A stretch of DNA of 64,000 nucleotides from Protoeuglena noctilucae (lineage: Eukaryota), in NCBI GenBank assembly GCA_958009085.1, contig OY253669.1:868001-932000 (forward strand), in the 5' to 3' direction. The number at the start of each line of letters is the position of its first letter. Within the stretch, counting starts at the first letter, position 1. Of this stretch, positions 39,701 through 52,397 are shown piece after piece. Made by a program: the position numbers and the translations under genes. The notes under the pieces were generated by a model, which saw nothing but the letters and a program-made list of their open reading frames with translations, was not told the DNA's origin and did not search any database.

Positions 39701-41391
39701 GTTGCCGGCGGCGTGCCGAGCCGTGGAGGCCATGTGCGGGCATTTCCACGAGGAGGTCCGGTGAGGGCGGCGGCCCTTCGTTCACATGCAACACTGTTTG
39801 CACTAATGGCTGCTCCTTGAGCTATCACTGTGCCGTGCTCTCCATGCGAATGCATGCGACCGGTCAAGAGCACCCCAGGCAGGTCACGCATGCATGTCTG
39901 CTTAACATCGTCCCTGCAGGAGCCAGGGGTACCTGGCCCTCGCGGGCCTGGCGCGTGCCATGCTGACGTGTCGCGCACCGGCCGAGGCCGCGTCGGGCAT
40001 CGGGGAGATGCTCGGGGTCCTCGCGAGGGCCTTCCTGTCAGACACGGAACGCAGCGCAGTGGCGTGCTGCATCGAGGCGGCGCAGCTGGTCCTCAAGGAG
40101 GGTGAGTGGCCACAGGAATGGGCGTGGCTAAATCGTGTGAAGTTGCAACGGTCGACCTCCCGGAGCTCTACCGCGTTGGGGCAACAGCCGTGCGTCGCTT
40201 TGACTCGCAGTGACGGGCCGCGTGCCGCCCCCGGCGGTGGCGGGGCCGCTGCAGGGCGTCGTGGAGGGCGTCACTCGGGTGCTGGACGGGGAGGCACTGT
40301 GCCAGGAGGCCGACGACGGGGACTCGGATGGACCGGCGGAGCTGGACGACGATGAGGCGAGGGCCGGCACTTCACGGCTCAGCTCACGTATCACACCATG
40401 CCCTGCGACCCGCCCGCGCTGCGGGCACCCTGTTGTCGCCAGTGCGGGTCACGCTCCGCGGTCGCGCACCCGCATGTGGCGACGGCGACCGTCTTGTCCG
40501 TGCGCCCTCGCAGGCTTCTCCCGAGGAGGAGCTGCTGGTGGCCACGTCCGACTTCCTCCCCGCCCTCGCGCGCTTCCTCGGACCCGGCGTCTACGCCCCG
40601 ATCTTCCACGAACACCACTTCCCAGGCCTTGCGCGCTACGCGGCCCCTGCGCAGGCGGCGCCCGTCCGTGCCACCGCGGTCGGATGCATGGCGGAGGTCG
40701 TGGAGGCGCTGGGGAGCCACGCGGGTCCCGTGGCCGCGCAGGCGCTGGCGCTCGCCGCGCGAGAGCTGCGCGGGAGCGACTCGGAGTCCCGTCGTAACGC
40801 GGCCTTCCTGGCGGGCATCACGGCGGAGGCGTGTCCGGACGCGGCCGGCCCCACCGTCACCCGCCTCCTCGAGGCGCTGCAGGGCGTGCTGGTCGGCGCC
40901 ACACGAGACGAGGACCCCGGCGCCCGTGACAACGCCCTGGGCGCCATCTGCCGCATCGCCCTGGCGCCCTGCGGGGCGGGACTGCCCCTGGCACCCGTAC
41001 TGGCGGGGGTCCTGTCGCGTGAGTGGCGCGTAGCGAGGGTAGCGGCGCTTGCAGCCGGCCAAGTCGCGGCGTCTGCGATGGCGATGGCGATGGGTTCACT
41101 GCCGCAGAGCTGCCCTTGGGGGTGGACAAGGGCGAGGGGAGCCCCGTCTGTCGCTTCCTGGTGCGGGCCCTGGAGGCCCACGCGGCAGGGGAGGCGCCCG
41201 AGGTGGGTTCGCACGTCCCGGCGGCCGTGGGTGCGCTGGGGGCGCTGGCGACGGACGGGGACGTGCCGGAGGAAGCACGGCGTTGGGGGGCGGGGGCGCT
41301 GGCACGCCTCGCGCAGGGCGGGAGCGCCTGGCGCGCGCTCGTCGAGGCCCTGCCCGCCGAGCAACAGCAAGCCATCGCAGGACTGTTATAG
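36743..41391 (+). CDS. IPO4: Importin-beta family HEAT-repeat protein, importin-4/Kap123-like
   Basis: IBN_N-like TRQLAAILLKKR, RARATECAG, ELREYCFGFFG, acidic loop then VRTGLVEEKCAA, RRNAAFLAG, ARDNALGAICRI. Confidence 0.85.
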
Positions 41392-41761
41392 GAGACGGGG
41401 CCGATGTCGCAGTGGCCGTCTTTGACATGTTCAGCCCTCGCGCCCGTCCTCTGGGCCGAGTATGGTGCAAAACGCTGCGTCTCCTGTTCCCACCGAACTC
41501 TGCGGTTGTTGTGACGGCCAGGGATACCCTTGATGCTCTTGGAATCCGATGTCCTTCCCCACGCTTGCTGTTTCTGATCAGCTGCTTGAAACGACCGTGC
41601 CCCACTCCCCGCGCCCTCGATGACGGCGAGGGCACCGCAGATGGGCACAGTTTTGCTATTGCTGTGCGGAAAGGACATCGCTAGCTTCGCAGTCCGAGAC
41701 TTTTTCGCTTACCTCACGTAACTTTGGCCTTTTCGGCCAACCCACGCACGTTTTCTGCGAG

Positions 41762-43615
41762 ATGCGGGCCACCATCGGCACGAATGCCCGCACCGCTTCC
41801 ATCCGCGCCGCGAGCTCGCGCGCTAGGCCCAGCATCGTGTGCCGGTGAGGGGGACGACAGAGGCTGCGTGCCTGCGCCCAGCGGGGGGATGTTTTCGTCG
41901 CTTCAAGCCTCCATCCTATTTATTCGCTCAATAAAATTACGGAGAGCATTTTGGGTGGGTCTTTGGGGGCCCGGTCGGGCGCAGGGCTCGCGTGGAATGG
42001 ACAGAGTTTTCCTTCAAAGTTCTCCTCCCTCGTGCACCATCGGGCTCCCTTGTTGTTCTTTTTGTGTGCTTTGGCATCACGACGAGGGGAATCGCTGGGG
42101 GATCGGAGTGGAGAGCAACCCCGCCCGGCGGGCAGGGTGCAGGGGTGACTCACGTGGTCGTTGCCCGTCTTATGGCGCAGGGCGAGCCGGGACCAGCTGC
42201 TCGCCGCCCGCGAGGACGTGCGCGAGATGCTGGGGAAGACGTTCTCGCACCCCATCATGATCCGCTTCGCGTGGCACGACAGCGGCACGTACAACAAGGA
42301 CATCAAGGAGTGGCCGGCCTGCGGCGGTGCCAACGGGTCGCTGCGCTTCGACGAGGAGCTGGCGCACGGGTGAGAACCGCGCTGTGGTCGTTACACGGCG
42401 GATAGCTCCGCCAGCCAACGCCGGCATGTGAACTTGGCACCCGCCACCCTGATCCCAGGGCCAACGCCGGCCTCAACGTGGCCCTCAACCTGCTCAAGCC
42501 CATCAAGAAGAAGTACGACCAGGTGTCTTGGGCGGACCTGATGCAGCTCACGTCGGCAGAGGTGACGGCCGCAGCAGGACACCATGCTGAGCTCAGCTGA
42601 CCACTGCGGTAACTTTACCGCGGTGGCTCAGCACCCTGCGCTCCCGCATCCCCTGCCGCTGCCTCCCGCAGGCCATCCGCGGTGCCGGCGGGCCGACCAT
42701 CCCCATGATCTACGGGCGCGTGGACTCGGACCGTCCGCACCAGGGTGAGCTGAAGCAGCATGATATGGCTCCCACACAGGCGATGGGCTGCCAAGGACAG
42801 GCCGCGTCGGCCAGGCTCGGTTGGTCGGTTCCGGCGTCATCACCTGCAACATGCAGCCATCGAGACTGATCCCACGTGAATTCCCGCAGACGGCAACCTG
42901 CCTGGCGCTGCCCCGCCGTTCCCCAAGGGCGAGCGCACCCCCGCCGAGCACCTCAGGAACGTCTTCTACCGCATGGGCTTCACCGACAAGGACATCGTGG
43001 TGAGCATCTGCAAGCCTGGGCCAGGACAGCCAACCCTGCCGTATGGGTAAATGTAGTTCTAACACAGCGACGCAGTGACTCCTCGCCAACTTGCCTCCGT
43101 GACGCAGGCGCTGTCGGGCGCGCACACCATGGGGCGCGCTTACAAGGAGCGCTCGGGCATGACCGACCGCGAGTCGACCAAGTACACGGAGAAGGGGCCC
43201 GGGCGCAAGGGAGGGCAGTCGTGGACGCCGGAGTGGCTGAAGGCGAGGGTCCTTGCCTGCTGCAGGGTTCCAAACGTGTTTGACGCTTACAGAGCGCTGC
43301 GACAGCGGTGGTTGTACACAACTGAACCCATGTCTGGGCCCTGTGTGGTGGCATGCATACCAGGGTGCAAGAGAACCCCTCCCCGCCACCCGCTCCCAGT
43401 TCGACAACAGCTACTTCGTGGAGGTCAAGGCGAAGCGCGACGCCGACCTCCTCGTGATGCCGTCCGACGCGTGCCTGTTCGAGGACGACGGCTTCCGGCC
43501 CCACGCCGAGAAGTACGCTGCCTCTCAGGCGGACTTCTTTTCCGACTACGCCCAGTCGCACAAGAAGCTGTCGGAGCTGGGGGCCAAGTTCGAGGACCAG
43601 ATCAAGCTCGACTGA
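41762..43615 (+). CDS. APX: Chloroplast (stromal-type) L-ascorbate peroxidase
   Basis: Transit peptide [72 protein letters not shown]. Confidence 0.95.
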
Positions 43616-43793
43616 GACAGTCCAGACGCCGACCTTGCTGTTGACTAGCTGCATGGGCGGTTGCGGTCACGCTGCGCGGGTCACACCCCGTTGCGCCTGG
43701 CCCCTCCGCGCGCCCTGCTGCAGTGCGCCCGCCCTGCAGCCCATGCGATGATCGACTCGCAGCCGCGACGTTTCAACGACTCGCGACGTGGCT

Positions 43794-45858
43794 CTATGCG
43801 GCCGCAGCCTGCTCCCCGCGTCGCTGCTTGAGGACGTTGGTCAGATAGAACTCCCCCGCTCGGTACGACGAGCGCACGAGAGGCCCCGCGGCCACATACA
43901 GGAACCCCATGCCCTCGGCGGCGCGCTTGTACGCGTCGAATGCCTCGGGCGTCACGTACTCTGCCACGGGCATGTGGCGCTTGGTAGGGCGCATGTACTG
44001 GCCCAGCGTCACCACGTCGACGCCGGCGTCCCGCAGCTTGCGCAGGGCGCCCATGACTTGGTCCGCCGTCTCGCCGCAGCCAAGCATGAGGGACGTCTTC
44101 GTCACCGCCGCCCCTGCCTCCTTGGCCGCCCGCAGCACTGACACGCTCTGCGTCCAGTTGGCACGGCGGTCCCGCACCTGCAGGGATGCACGTGAACGTT
44201 GCAGCCCGCGCTTGCTGAGCAATGCTGTCGTCACGATGCCCCTCACACCCCACCAGTGCAGTTAGACTGTGAGTGCTACGTGTGTTACCTACCAGCGTCA
44301 CACCTGCCCCTGCAGCTAGACTATTGGTGCCATTCGCGCCACCTTCCAGCGTCACCTGCGCCTGCAGCTCCTCAACCGTTTCGACGTTGTGAGCAAAGAC
44401 GTCGAGGCCGCTCTGTGCCACCGGCTCCACCAGCTCACGCCGGCCCTGGAAGTCCGGGACGAGCGCCTCCACCAGCAGGCGCCCGACAGTCTTGTCCTTC
44501 AGCTTCCTGCGGCGGCGAGCGGCGAGCCAGCGAGATGGACAACGTCCGTGCTGGGTCTCGATGAGGCGGACGCAAGGCGCGCCAGGGTGCGTGCTACGCC
44601 GCGCTGCAACGCACCGAATCGTCTCCACGATGTGCGCGCTGCCCTGGTCCGGTAAGTCGTCCCGATCCACCGACGTCAGGACGACGTAGTCGAGCCCCCA
44701 CAACGCCACCGCCTTGGCCACATTCTGCACGGACAGGTGAGGGGTTTGTGCCGGGGGCGCCATTCCGTTCAGAGAGCAAGATCTCATAGTCAATCAAAGC
44801 ACTTGCAACGCAAGCAGCCCACCTCGGGCTCATGCGGGTCGAGCGGAGGTGGGGCCTTGGACGTCTTGACGGCGCAGAACCGGCACCCGCGGGTGCACGT
44901 GTCGCCCATGACTGCGGGTGGTGAGCGAGACGCGTGCGATCATGGCAACGCACCAAAGGAAAGACTACGTCGCAGTCCGTAACTTCACGTCCATGCGGGC
45001 GGCACTCACTCATGATGGTCGCCGTCGCCGTGTGGCCGTCTGCACCCCCCCAGCACTCCCCGATGTTCGGGCAGCGCGCCTCCTCGCACACTGCGGCAGC
45101 CGGTCATGTGAACGCCGTGCTTTGTGAGCTCTTGGACACGCCAAGGGCCGAGCACCTCGCATTGCACGACCGCACAGTTGGAGTCGCCGCCCCACCTGTG
45201 TGCAGCTTCAGCTCTCGAAGCTTGGCCTTGATCTGAGTGTACTTCTCCCCACCGGGCAGGACCTCGCGCTTCAGCCAGTCCGGCTTGCGCTTCTGCTCTT
45301 TCCAGCTCGGCGCCTCGACCGAGTAGACGGTGTCCGGGCTGAAACCCGCGCCGGTGACGAACTCGCCCAGTCCGGGACTGCGGCAAGGAGGCACATGAGT
45401 CACATGTATGGACAGCGACCGATCAGCGAAGATTCAAACCCTCGCGGCGCTGGCGCCGCTGCCCAAGTCCCGCGGACCCTGTCTCGATGGCGACAGGGCC
45501 ACAGAGCTGCCTCGAAGGCGTAGAGGCTCGCGCAGACAGCAGGCCCCGCACCAACGAAAACGTTCATGGCCTCAGAAGTGGCCAAAGCTGCCTGAAGATA
45601 TCGCATCGCCGTGCAAACTCTCGTGAACCACGCAGAGCTCTCTCACCCCGACGCGAGCCGCTGCCGCAGCTTCTGGACGGCAGATCCTCTCGCCGACGGC
45701 TGAGAGCTCGACTCCTCTTCCACGCGCTCCGGCACGGCTGCCGAGTACCGCGCCCGCTGAGAGACACTGCCCCACACCCCAGTCTCCGTCGACAGCCAAG
45801 AGGAGCCGAGCCCGCACTCCCTCATCCTCCGCACTAGGCGAGATGCCGCTAGCGACAT
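43794..45858 (-). CDS. LIP1: Lipoyl synthase (radical SAM), probably mitochondrial
   Basis: [57 protein letters not shown]. Confidence 0.95.
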
Positions 45859-46103
45859 TCTCCCCCGCGCGCCCAAGCTGGCGCCGAGGAGCCGACGAGA
45901 CTAATGAAAACGCAGTGCGCGATGGTTTGTGATCCAAAAACTTCAATGGGTGAGACATGAACCGTGCGCTTCGCAGTTTCTAAACGTCAACTCCCGCGAG
46001 CGCCTCAAAACGTGTGACGCCTGCACGAGAGATGTCAGCGTGGGCCTGACTGCGGCCCGCGTCGACCCTAGGTCCACTCCACCCCCGCTGCCCCGCAGCC
46101 CGC

Positions 46104-47193
46104 TCAGCGCTTCATGCTCTTCGCGACCTCCTTGGTGTCGCGCGGCATTCCGCTCGCAAAGCCCCGGTGCTGCGGCTGGCGGATGTGGTGCAGGCCGGCC
46201 ACCACGTCCCGGGCGGGGTCATAGTGGGCATGGCCGGGGGCGTTGTGCCGGTACTTGGCGTCCTCGTTCCGGCGGCCCTTGGCGTCACTGCTCATGCGGC
46301 GTCCCGCCTCCACGGCCTGCGCCTGCCGCTCGATGGTCTGGATGACGGCGCGCCCCGGCACGGCCGTGGGGCGCAGCTCCTGGGGCACGAGCTCGTCCAT
46401 CATGACGGCGATCTCCGCAGCCTGCACGTATAGCAGGATACATTTTGGGGGTTTGTCGGCAAGCGTGCTCCAAGCGTGCTTCATGAACCCCGGGCGTGCT
46501 ACGTCGTGCTACATCACGACCCCGCCCACCTTGTCGTCCTTCGCCGCCCTCGTCGCGCGCTTCTTCGACTGCGCCGGCTTCTTCAGGAGCTTTTGGCGAA
46601 TGCTCTTCGGCACTTCGGCCATCGCGTTCTTCTTCCCTGCGACGACGAGTCGAGCACGGCAGTTGGGCCGCCTTCGACGGCCGCCCTGGCTCCCTCGCAG
46701 CGGCCTCCGCTCGTCATACGGCAGAGGACCATCAATAGACACTGAATCGTCCAACGCAAGGCCCAGTGTGTCCGCTTCCACAAGGCCCAGTCCGTTCTCA
46801 CCTCCCGGTTGCGCGTTGCGCATCATGGCCTTTACCACGCCGGACCGGGCGTCCCCCTGCGCACGCGAAGCATACGACGAATGTCTGGGGGTGTCGAGGC
46901 GCCGGCCTGGCGCAGCCAATGCCCCCATTTCGTGGACAAGACCGTTACACGTCGAGGACGGCCGCTACGGCCCCTGGGGCAGGCCCCCACGGCCAGGTGG
47001 CAACAAATCAAGGCCTTCAACAATGTGCGAGGCCTCGCCGAGGGCTTGGGGGCCAGGGCTAGCGGGACCGCGGGAGGCTGTCCCGAAGCTGGCTCGAAAC
47101 GCGGGGCTGTCCATCCCTCCGACACACCTTCATACCCAGAGGAGAGTTTTTGTCGTCGCCGGCTGCGGCCCCCTTCGCTGCGATGCCTGGCAT
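46104..47193 (-). CDS. Hypothetical basic protein
   Basis: Protein-like exons (GKKNAMAEVPKSIRQKLLKK..DDK-AAEIAVMMDELVP..KSMKR*) joined by plausible GT-AG introns. No recognised domain; 5' end tentative. Confidence 0.45.
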
Positions 47194-47485
47194 GAGATGA
47201 AGCGGATTTCACTGTCCTGAAGATTCGATGGACCTATCGCGGGATGATTTCTGGTACTTTTGCGCATCTTGTGGCGGTGGGAAGGAATGGCTTCTTTAAA
47301 GCGGTTCCAGGTGCGAGTCAGACGTGCGTCGCTGGCACCGAAAGTTTTGTAGCAGAAACCAATCTCTTGCCACCCATCCCGACTCTCACATGCTCACTGG
47401 GAGGGCCGCTGGACTGCCACGGCGTCTGGGCCCGGCCCTTCCTTGTTGAAGCGCGCCCCGCGCTCCATCCGTTCAAAGAAACAGG

Positions 47486-50459
47486 ATGGCCGCGTTCGAG
47501 GAAGTCGGCATCATGCCTGAACTCATTCGTGCTGTGGAGGACCTCGGGTGGAACTTGCCCACGCCCATTCAGGCAGAGAGGCGAGCGCGGCGGCGTTGCT
47601 CTCTCCTCTGCGCACACCGTCGCGCTCCTGACGCCGCGCTGTGCCGGCGACTGACCGACATCGCTCCGTGCGCTTCCTGCGCGCAGTGTGCCGCTCATCC
47701 TGGGCGGGGGCGACGTCCTGGCTGCGGCCGAGACGGGTTCGGGCAAGACGGGGGCCTTTGCGCTCCCGATCCTGCAGATCGTCCACGAGACGCGCCGACG
47801 GCAACTGCGCGGCGACGGAGGGGCCGCGCGCGGGGGCGGGGCCGGCGACGCGGGGCCCTCGCAGGCCGCACGACTGTCGGCCGATGACCGGGACGCCCTC
47901 CTGGCCATCTCCCCCGACGGCTTGGTCTGCCAGGCCCGCCACGAGCGCCTCTGGGCGGGCTGCCGCGCCTCCGCGGGCGTCTTCGGGGCCCGCGTCTATT
48001 TCGAGGCGACTGTCCGCGACGAGGGCCTCTGCCGCGTGGGGTGGTCCACCAAGGCGGGCGCCCTTGACCTGGGCACGGACAAGCAGGGTTTCGGGTACGG
48101 CGGGACGGGCAAGAAGTCCCACGAGCGGCGCTTTGACGACTACGGGCAGCCGTATGGCTTGGGCGACACGGTCGGCTGCGCGCTCGACCTGGAGGCGGGG
48201 ACCGTGTCCTTTTCCAAGAACGGCACAGACCTCGGGCAGGCGTTTGAGGTGCCCAAGCATCTCCGCGGGCAGGCTTTCTACCCCGCCGTCGTCCTGAAGG
48301 TGTGGGTTGGCTTGGTTGCAGGCATTCGTGCCCACGTGGTCCTCTGGCGATGACTTCGAAGCCTGCTGTCCGCCGGCCTGGTCTTGCAGAACGCGGTGAT
48401 GGAGTTCAATTTCGGCGCCCAGCCATTCCGGTGCGGGCCGCCCCCCGGCTTCGTTGGCCTGGATGCGGCGCCGGCGGCCGTCAAGGCTTCGGAGGGCGAC
48501 GCTGCGCCTGGCACGGCCAAGGACGGCAGGACGAAGCCCCTCGCGCTCATTCTGGAGCCGACACGGGACCTGGCGGAGCAGGCGAGGGTCGCGTGTGTTA
48601 ATTGACGAGGTTCGTGCTCCCATGCCCCGCTTGTCGCCAGCGCCGTGCATGGTGGGTGCCCACCCTCGCTGCAGACGTACAAATGCATCTTAGACTTTAA
48701 GACGCACCTGACGGCCCCCAAGCTGAGCGCGGAGCTGCTCGTCGGGGGCGTGGACGCCCGAGGGCAGCTGCGGTCGCTGGCGGCGGGGGTGGACATCCTC
48801 GTGGGCACGCCCGCGCGCGTCATCGACTTTGCGGAGAGCGGCAAGCTGGCGGTGGACGGCATCAAGGTGAGCTAGCGCAGAGTGGCTGGTCCGCTGGGCG
48901 GGCGCACCGCCCTCGCCATCCCATAACAGCGAGAGCATCTCAACAGCGTGCGCCACCCGCCCTGCAGTTCTTCGTGCTCGACGAGGCCGATCGGTTGCTG
49001 GACACGGGCTCCCGGGACGAGCTCATGAAGCTCTTCCGGATGATGCCCAAGTCGGGGACGGGGCAGGACCGCCTGCAGGTCCTCCTGTTCAGCGCCACGC
49101 TGCACTCGCCCGAGATCAAGGAGCTCGCGAACGTGCTGTGCCAGAATCCCGTGTGGGTGGACCTCAAGGGGCGTGACTTCGTGCCCGAGACGGTGGACCA
49201 CGTCTGCGTGGTGGTGGACCCGCGGGAGGACCGCTCGTGGCTCCAGGCCGCCCCGCGCACGTACACGGACAACGCGCACAAGCACGATGACCCCCCCGGG
49301 CCCAACTCTTCCTCCCGCGAGGCGTGGTCCGAGGCGGTCAAGCGCCTCAAGCCTCGCGTGCTGCAGCGGCTCATCGACCAGCACAACATGCAGCAGTGCC
49401 TCATCTTTTGCCGGACCAACTTCGACTGCGACAACCTCGAGAAGTTCCTGAACGAGCTCGGCGGCGGGCGTGCTTTTAAAGGCGAGGACATACCGCTGCA
49501 GGCGCATGCTGCTGCGCCAACGCAGTGCTGCGGGCCGGGAGCCGCCGCGACCTCATCTCCGCCCACCCGCGCGCAGGCAAGATGGAGACGGGCGTGGAGA
49601 ACGCCTATTCGTGCGTGGTGCTGGGGGGCGCGCGGTCCATGGAGGAGCGTCGGCGCAACCTGCAGGCGTTCAAGGATGGCGACGTTCGCTTCCTCATCTG
49701 CACGGACGTGGCTGCGCGCGGCATCGACATCCAAGGCCTCCCTTTCGTCATCAACATGACGCTGCCGGACCAATCCGAGGACTACATCCACCGCGTGGGC
49801 CGGGTCGGGCGCGCCGACCACATGGGTTTGGCCATCTCGATCGTGTCTGGTGAGCGAAGGGACCGAGGGTCCCTTCCGGCTGTCGTGAGTTCCGGCTGTC
49901 GCGCTTGCTACAGAAACCTGCCTTGGCATGATGTTGCCGCGTTGGTGCGTTCGGGCGGCAGCTGCGGGGCACTGCAATGCGCACCATGCCGTGGCTGCAG
50001 CGGTGGAGGAGAAGGTGTGGTACTGCACCAAGAAGGGTTACAAGCCGTGGTTCGACCCGAAGCCCGCGGACGCGAAGACGCACGAGCAGGGCGGGCACAC
50101 GATATGGTACAATGAGCCGGAGCTCCTCAAGGCGTGCGAGGGTCGCGTGGGCCACCCCATCGCACGGCTGGACGAGGACATGGGGCTCCCGAAGGAGATC
50201 GCGGTCAAGATGAAGGCGCAGGTGACTCGAGATGCGCTTTGCACGGACTGCAGCAGGTTGGCGCGAGCGGAGGCGATGGTGCGCCTCCACCTCGGCGCAG
50301 GGTGGCACGTATGGCGAGGAGCGGGGCAGTGGGGCGCGTGCGGACGTGATGGAGCGGGTGGAGCGGCTACGGCCGGTGGTGAAGCGGCTGGCGGACTTAG
50401 AGGTCGAGGCGCAGCACTCCTTCCACAACATGAAGCGCCGGTTTGGCCGCGCCAAGTGA
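47486..50459 (+). CDS. DDX1: DEAD-box RNA helicase DDX1 (with SPRY insertion)
   Basis: [12 protein letters not shown] domain ([26 protein letters not shown]), [27 protein letters not shown]. Confidence 0.96.
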
Positions 50460-50600
50460 CGCACGCATGCCCCGGTCAGCGGGTCCGTGATTGAACGTCG
50501 GGCGAGGTGCTTTTCTTCTCTTGAACGCTTCACGAATCTAAGCGCCGCTGGCCGCTTCGCTGCTGCCGGCGCCGGCCTCCCCGGGCTGCCCCGCCGATCC

Positions 50601-52185
50601 TCAGAGGCTCAGCAGGGCGTCGATGAGGCGGTCCGTGTGCTCGGGCTTGCCCACCGAGATGCGCACGTAGCCGTCCAGCAGCTTCTTGTCGTAGTGGCGC
50701 ACCATGACGCCGTGCTCCGCCGCCAGCCTCCGCTTGACCTCGGCGGCGGGCATCTTGCGCGTGTCGACCTTGCAGAGCACGAAGTTGGCCTCGGAGGGGT
50801 ACGGCTCCAGCCACGGCACCTCCCGCAGGCGCTCGACGAGGCGGGCCCGCTCGGCCACGAGTGCGTCGCGTACCTTGTCGAGGTAGGCCACGTTGCTGAG
50901 CGCGGCGCACGCGGCCACCTCGGCGGCGACCGAGACGTTGTAGGGCTGCTTGGCGCGCCAGATGTACTCGATGAGGGAGGAGGGAAAGGCGCCGTACCCG
51001 ACGCGGATGCCGGCCAGCGCCGCGGACTTGGAGAACGTGCGCAGCACGACCAGGTCGTCGTGCTGCAGGACCCAGTCCATGCGGGACCGCTCGGCGGCGA
51101 ACTCGATGTATGCCTCGTCGAGGACCACGAGGACGTCCTCCGCCAGCACGCGGAGGAGGTCGGCCTCGTCGATGAGAGAGCCGTCCGGGTTGTTGGGCGA
51201 CGTGAGGAAGATGACCTTGGGGCGGTGCTGCCGGATGGCCGCCACGACGGCGTCCGTGTCGAGGCGGAAGCCCTCCTTCCGGGGCACTGCGGGACGCGGG
51301 GGCGGCGGTGCATGGCAGTCGCACGTTGCAGGCGGCCACACAGCCAGGGCTTGCGGAGGGTGGGAGGAGCGGCGACGCGCTGCTCACCGGTGATGACGCC
51401 GCCGCAGTTGACGTCCGCGTCAAAGGCGTACATAGTGAAGGTGGGGGGGCAGTCGACGATCGTGTCCCCAGGCTCCAGGACGCACCTCATGAGCAGGTCG
51501 AGCAGCTCGTCCGCCCCGCAGCCAACTGCAGGCAGGGCGCGCGATGCGGACAGGTTCACAACGCAGGCAGGAAGATCGCTTGCAAGCCGGCGCAGGGGCT
51601 TCCTCAGGGCACGCACCCAGGATGTTCTCCATCGGGACGCCCTCCCTCTCCGCGAGAGCCTTCCGGAGGGCGCGCTGCTCTGGGTCCGGGTAGATGTTGG
51701 GGAACTTCATTGAGCCCAGCGCCTGGAGGACCTCCGGAGGCGGGCCGTACGGGTTCTCGTTCGCATCCAGCTTCACGATGTCCTCCGGCTTCCGTCCGAG
51801 CTTCCTGCGGCGGTTGGGCGGGTAGAGGGCGTCGAGGCAAAACACATACAAACGAAGGCGATTGAGGGGCACGCCGACTGGCATCAGCCGAGGCAGCAGC
51901 AAGCCCAGATGTGGCGGGGCCCGCGTGCGCGAATTCCAGACCCATCGTGCGGCGAGAACCCGCAACTCACGCTGACAAGATCTCGAAGGGCTCAATGGGG
52001 GTGTACGCGGCCAGCTTGAGCAGGTGGGGACGCAGGAATCGCTGCGCGGCACTCATAGCCGTAGCGGCCTCGGATGTCCCCCGAGCAGCGCTGGCCACGG
52101 GACCCGAGCTCGTCGATGCACGCGGGGATATCGTTGATCCGATCCTCGGCGCCGTCAACCCGGACAGTGGCCCCGGCGTCACCAT
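50601..52185 (-). CDS. hisC: Histidinol-phosphate aminotransferase, plastid
   Basis: [62 protein letters not shown]. Confidence 0.96.
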
Positions 52186-52397
52186 CTTCCCAGAGATCCC
52201 CTGACAAACAGCGTGCCGCTCTGCCGCCGCTTTCTCTGTCACTTCAGGAAGAATTGTGACTGATGGGATGAGAAGGGCAGGCGGTTGTCACGAGCTGAGG
52301 CGCGAGACCGTCAAGACTGGCGACAGGCGTGCTGCACAGCCCCGCAACGACGCCTGGGGCCATGGACGGGAAATAATTGGCGCACATCATCTCCGAC

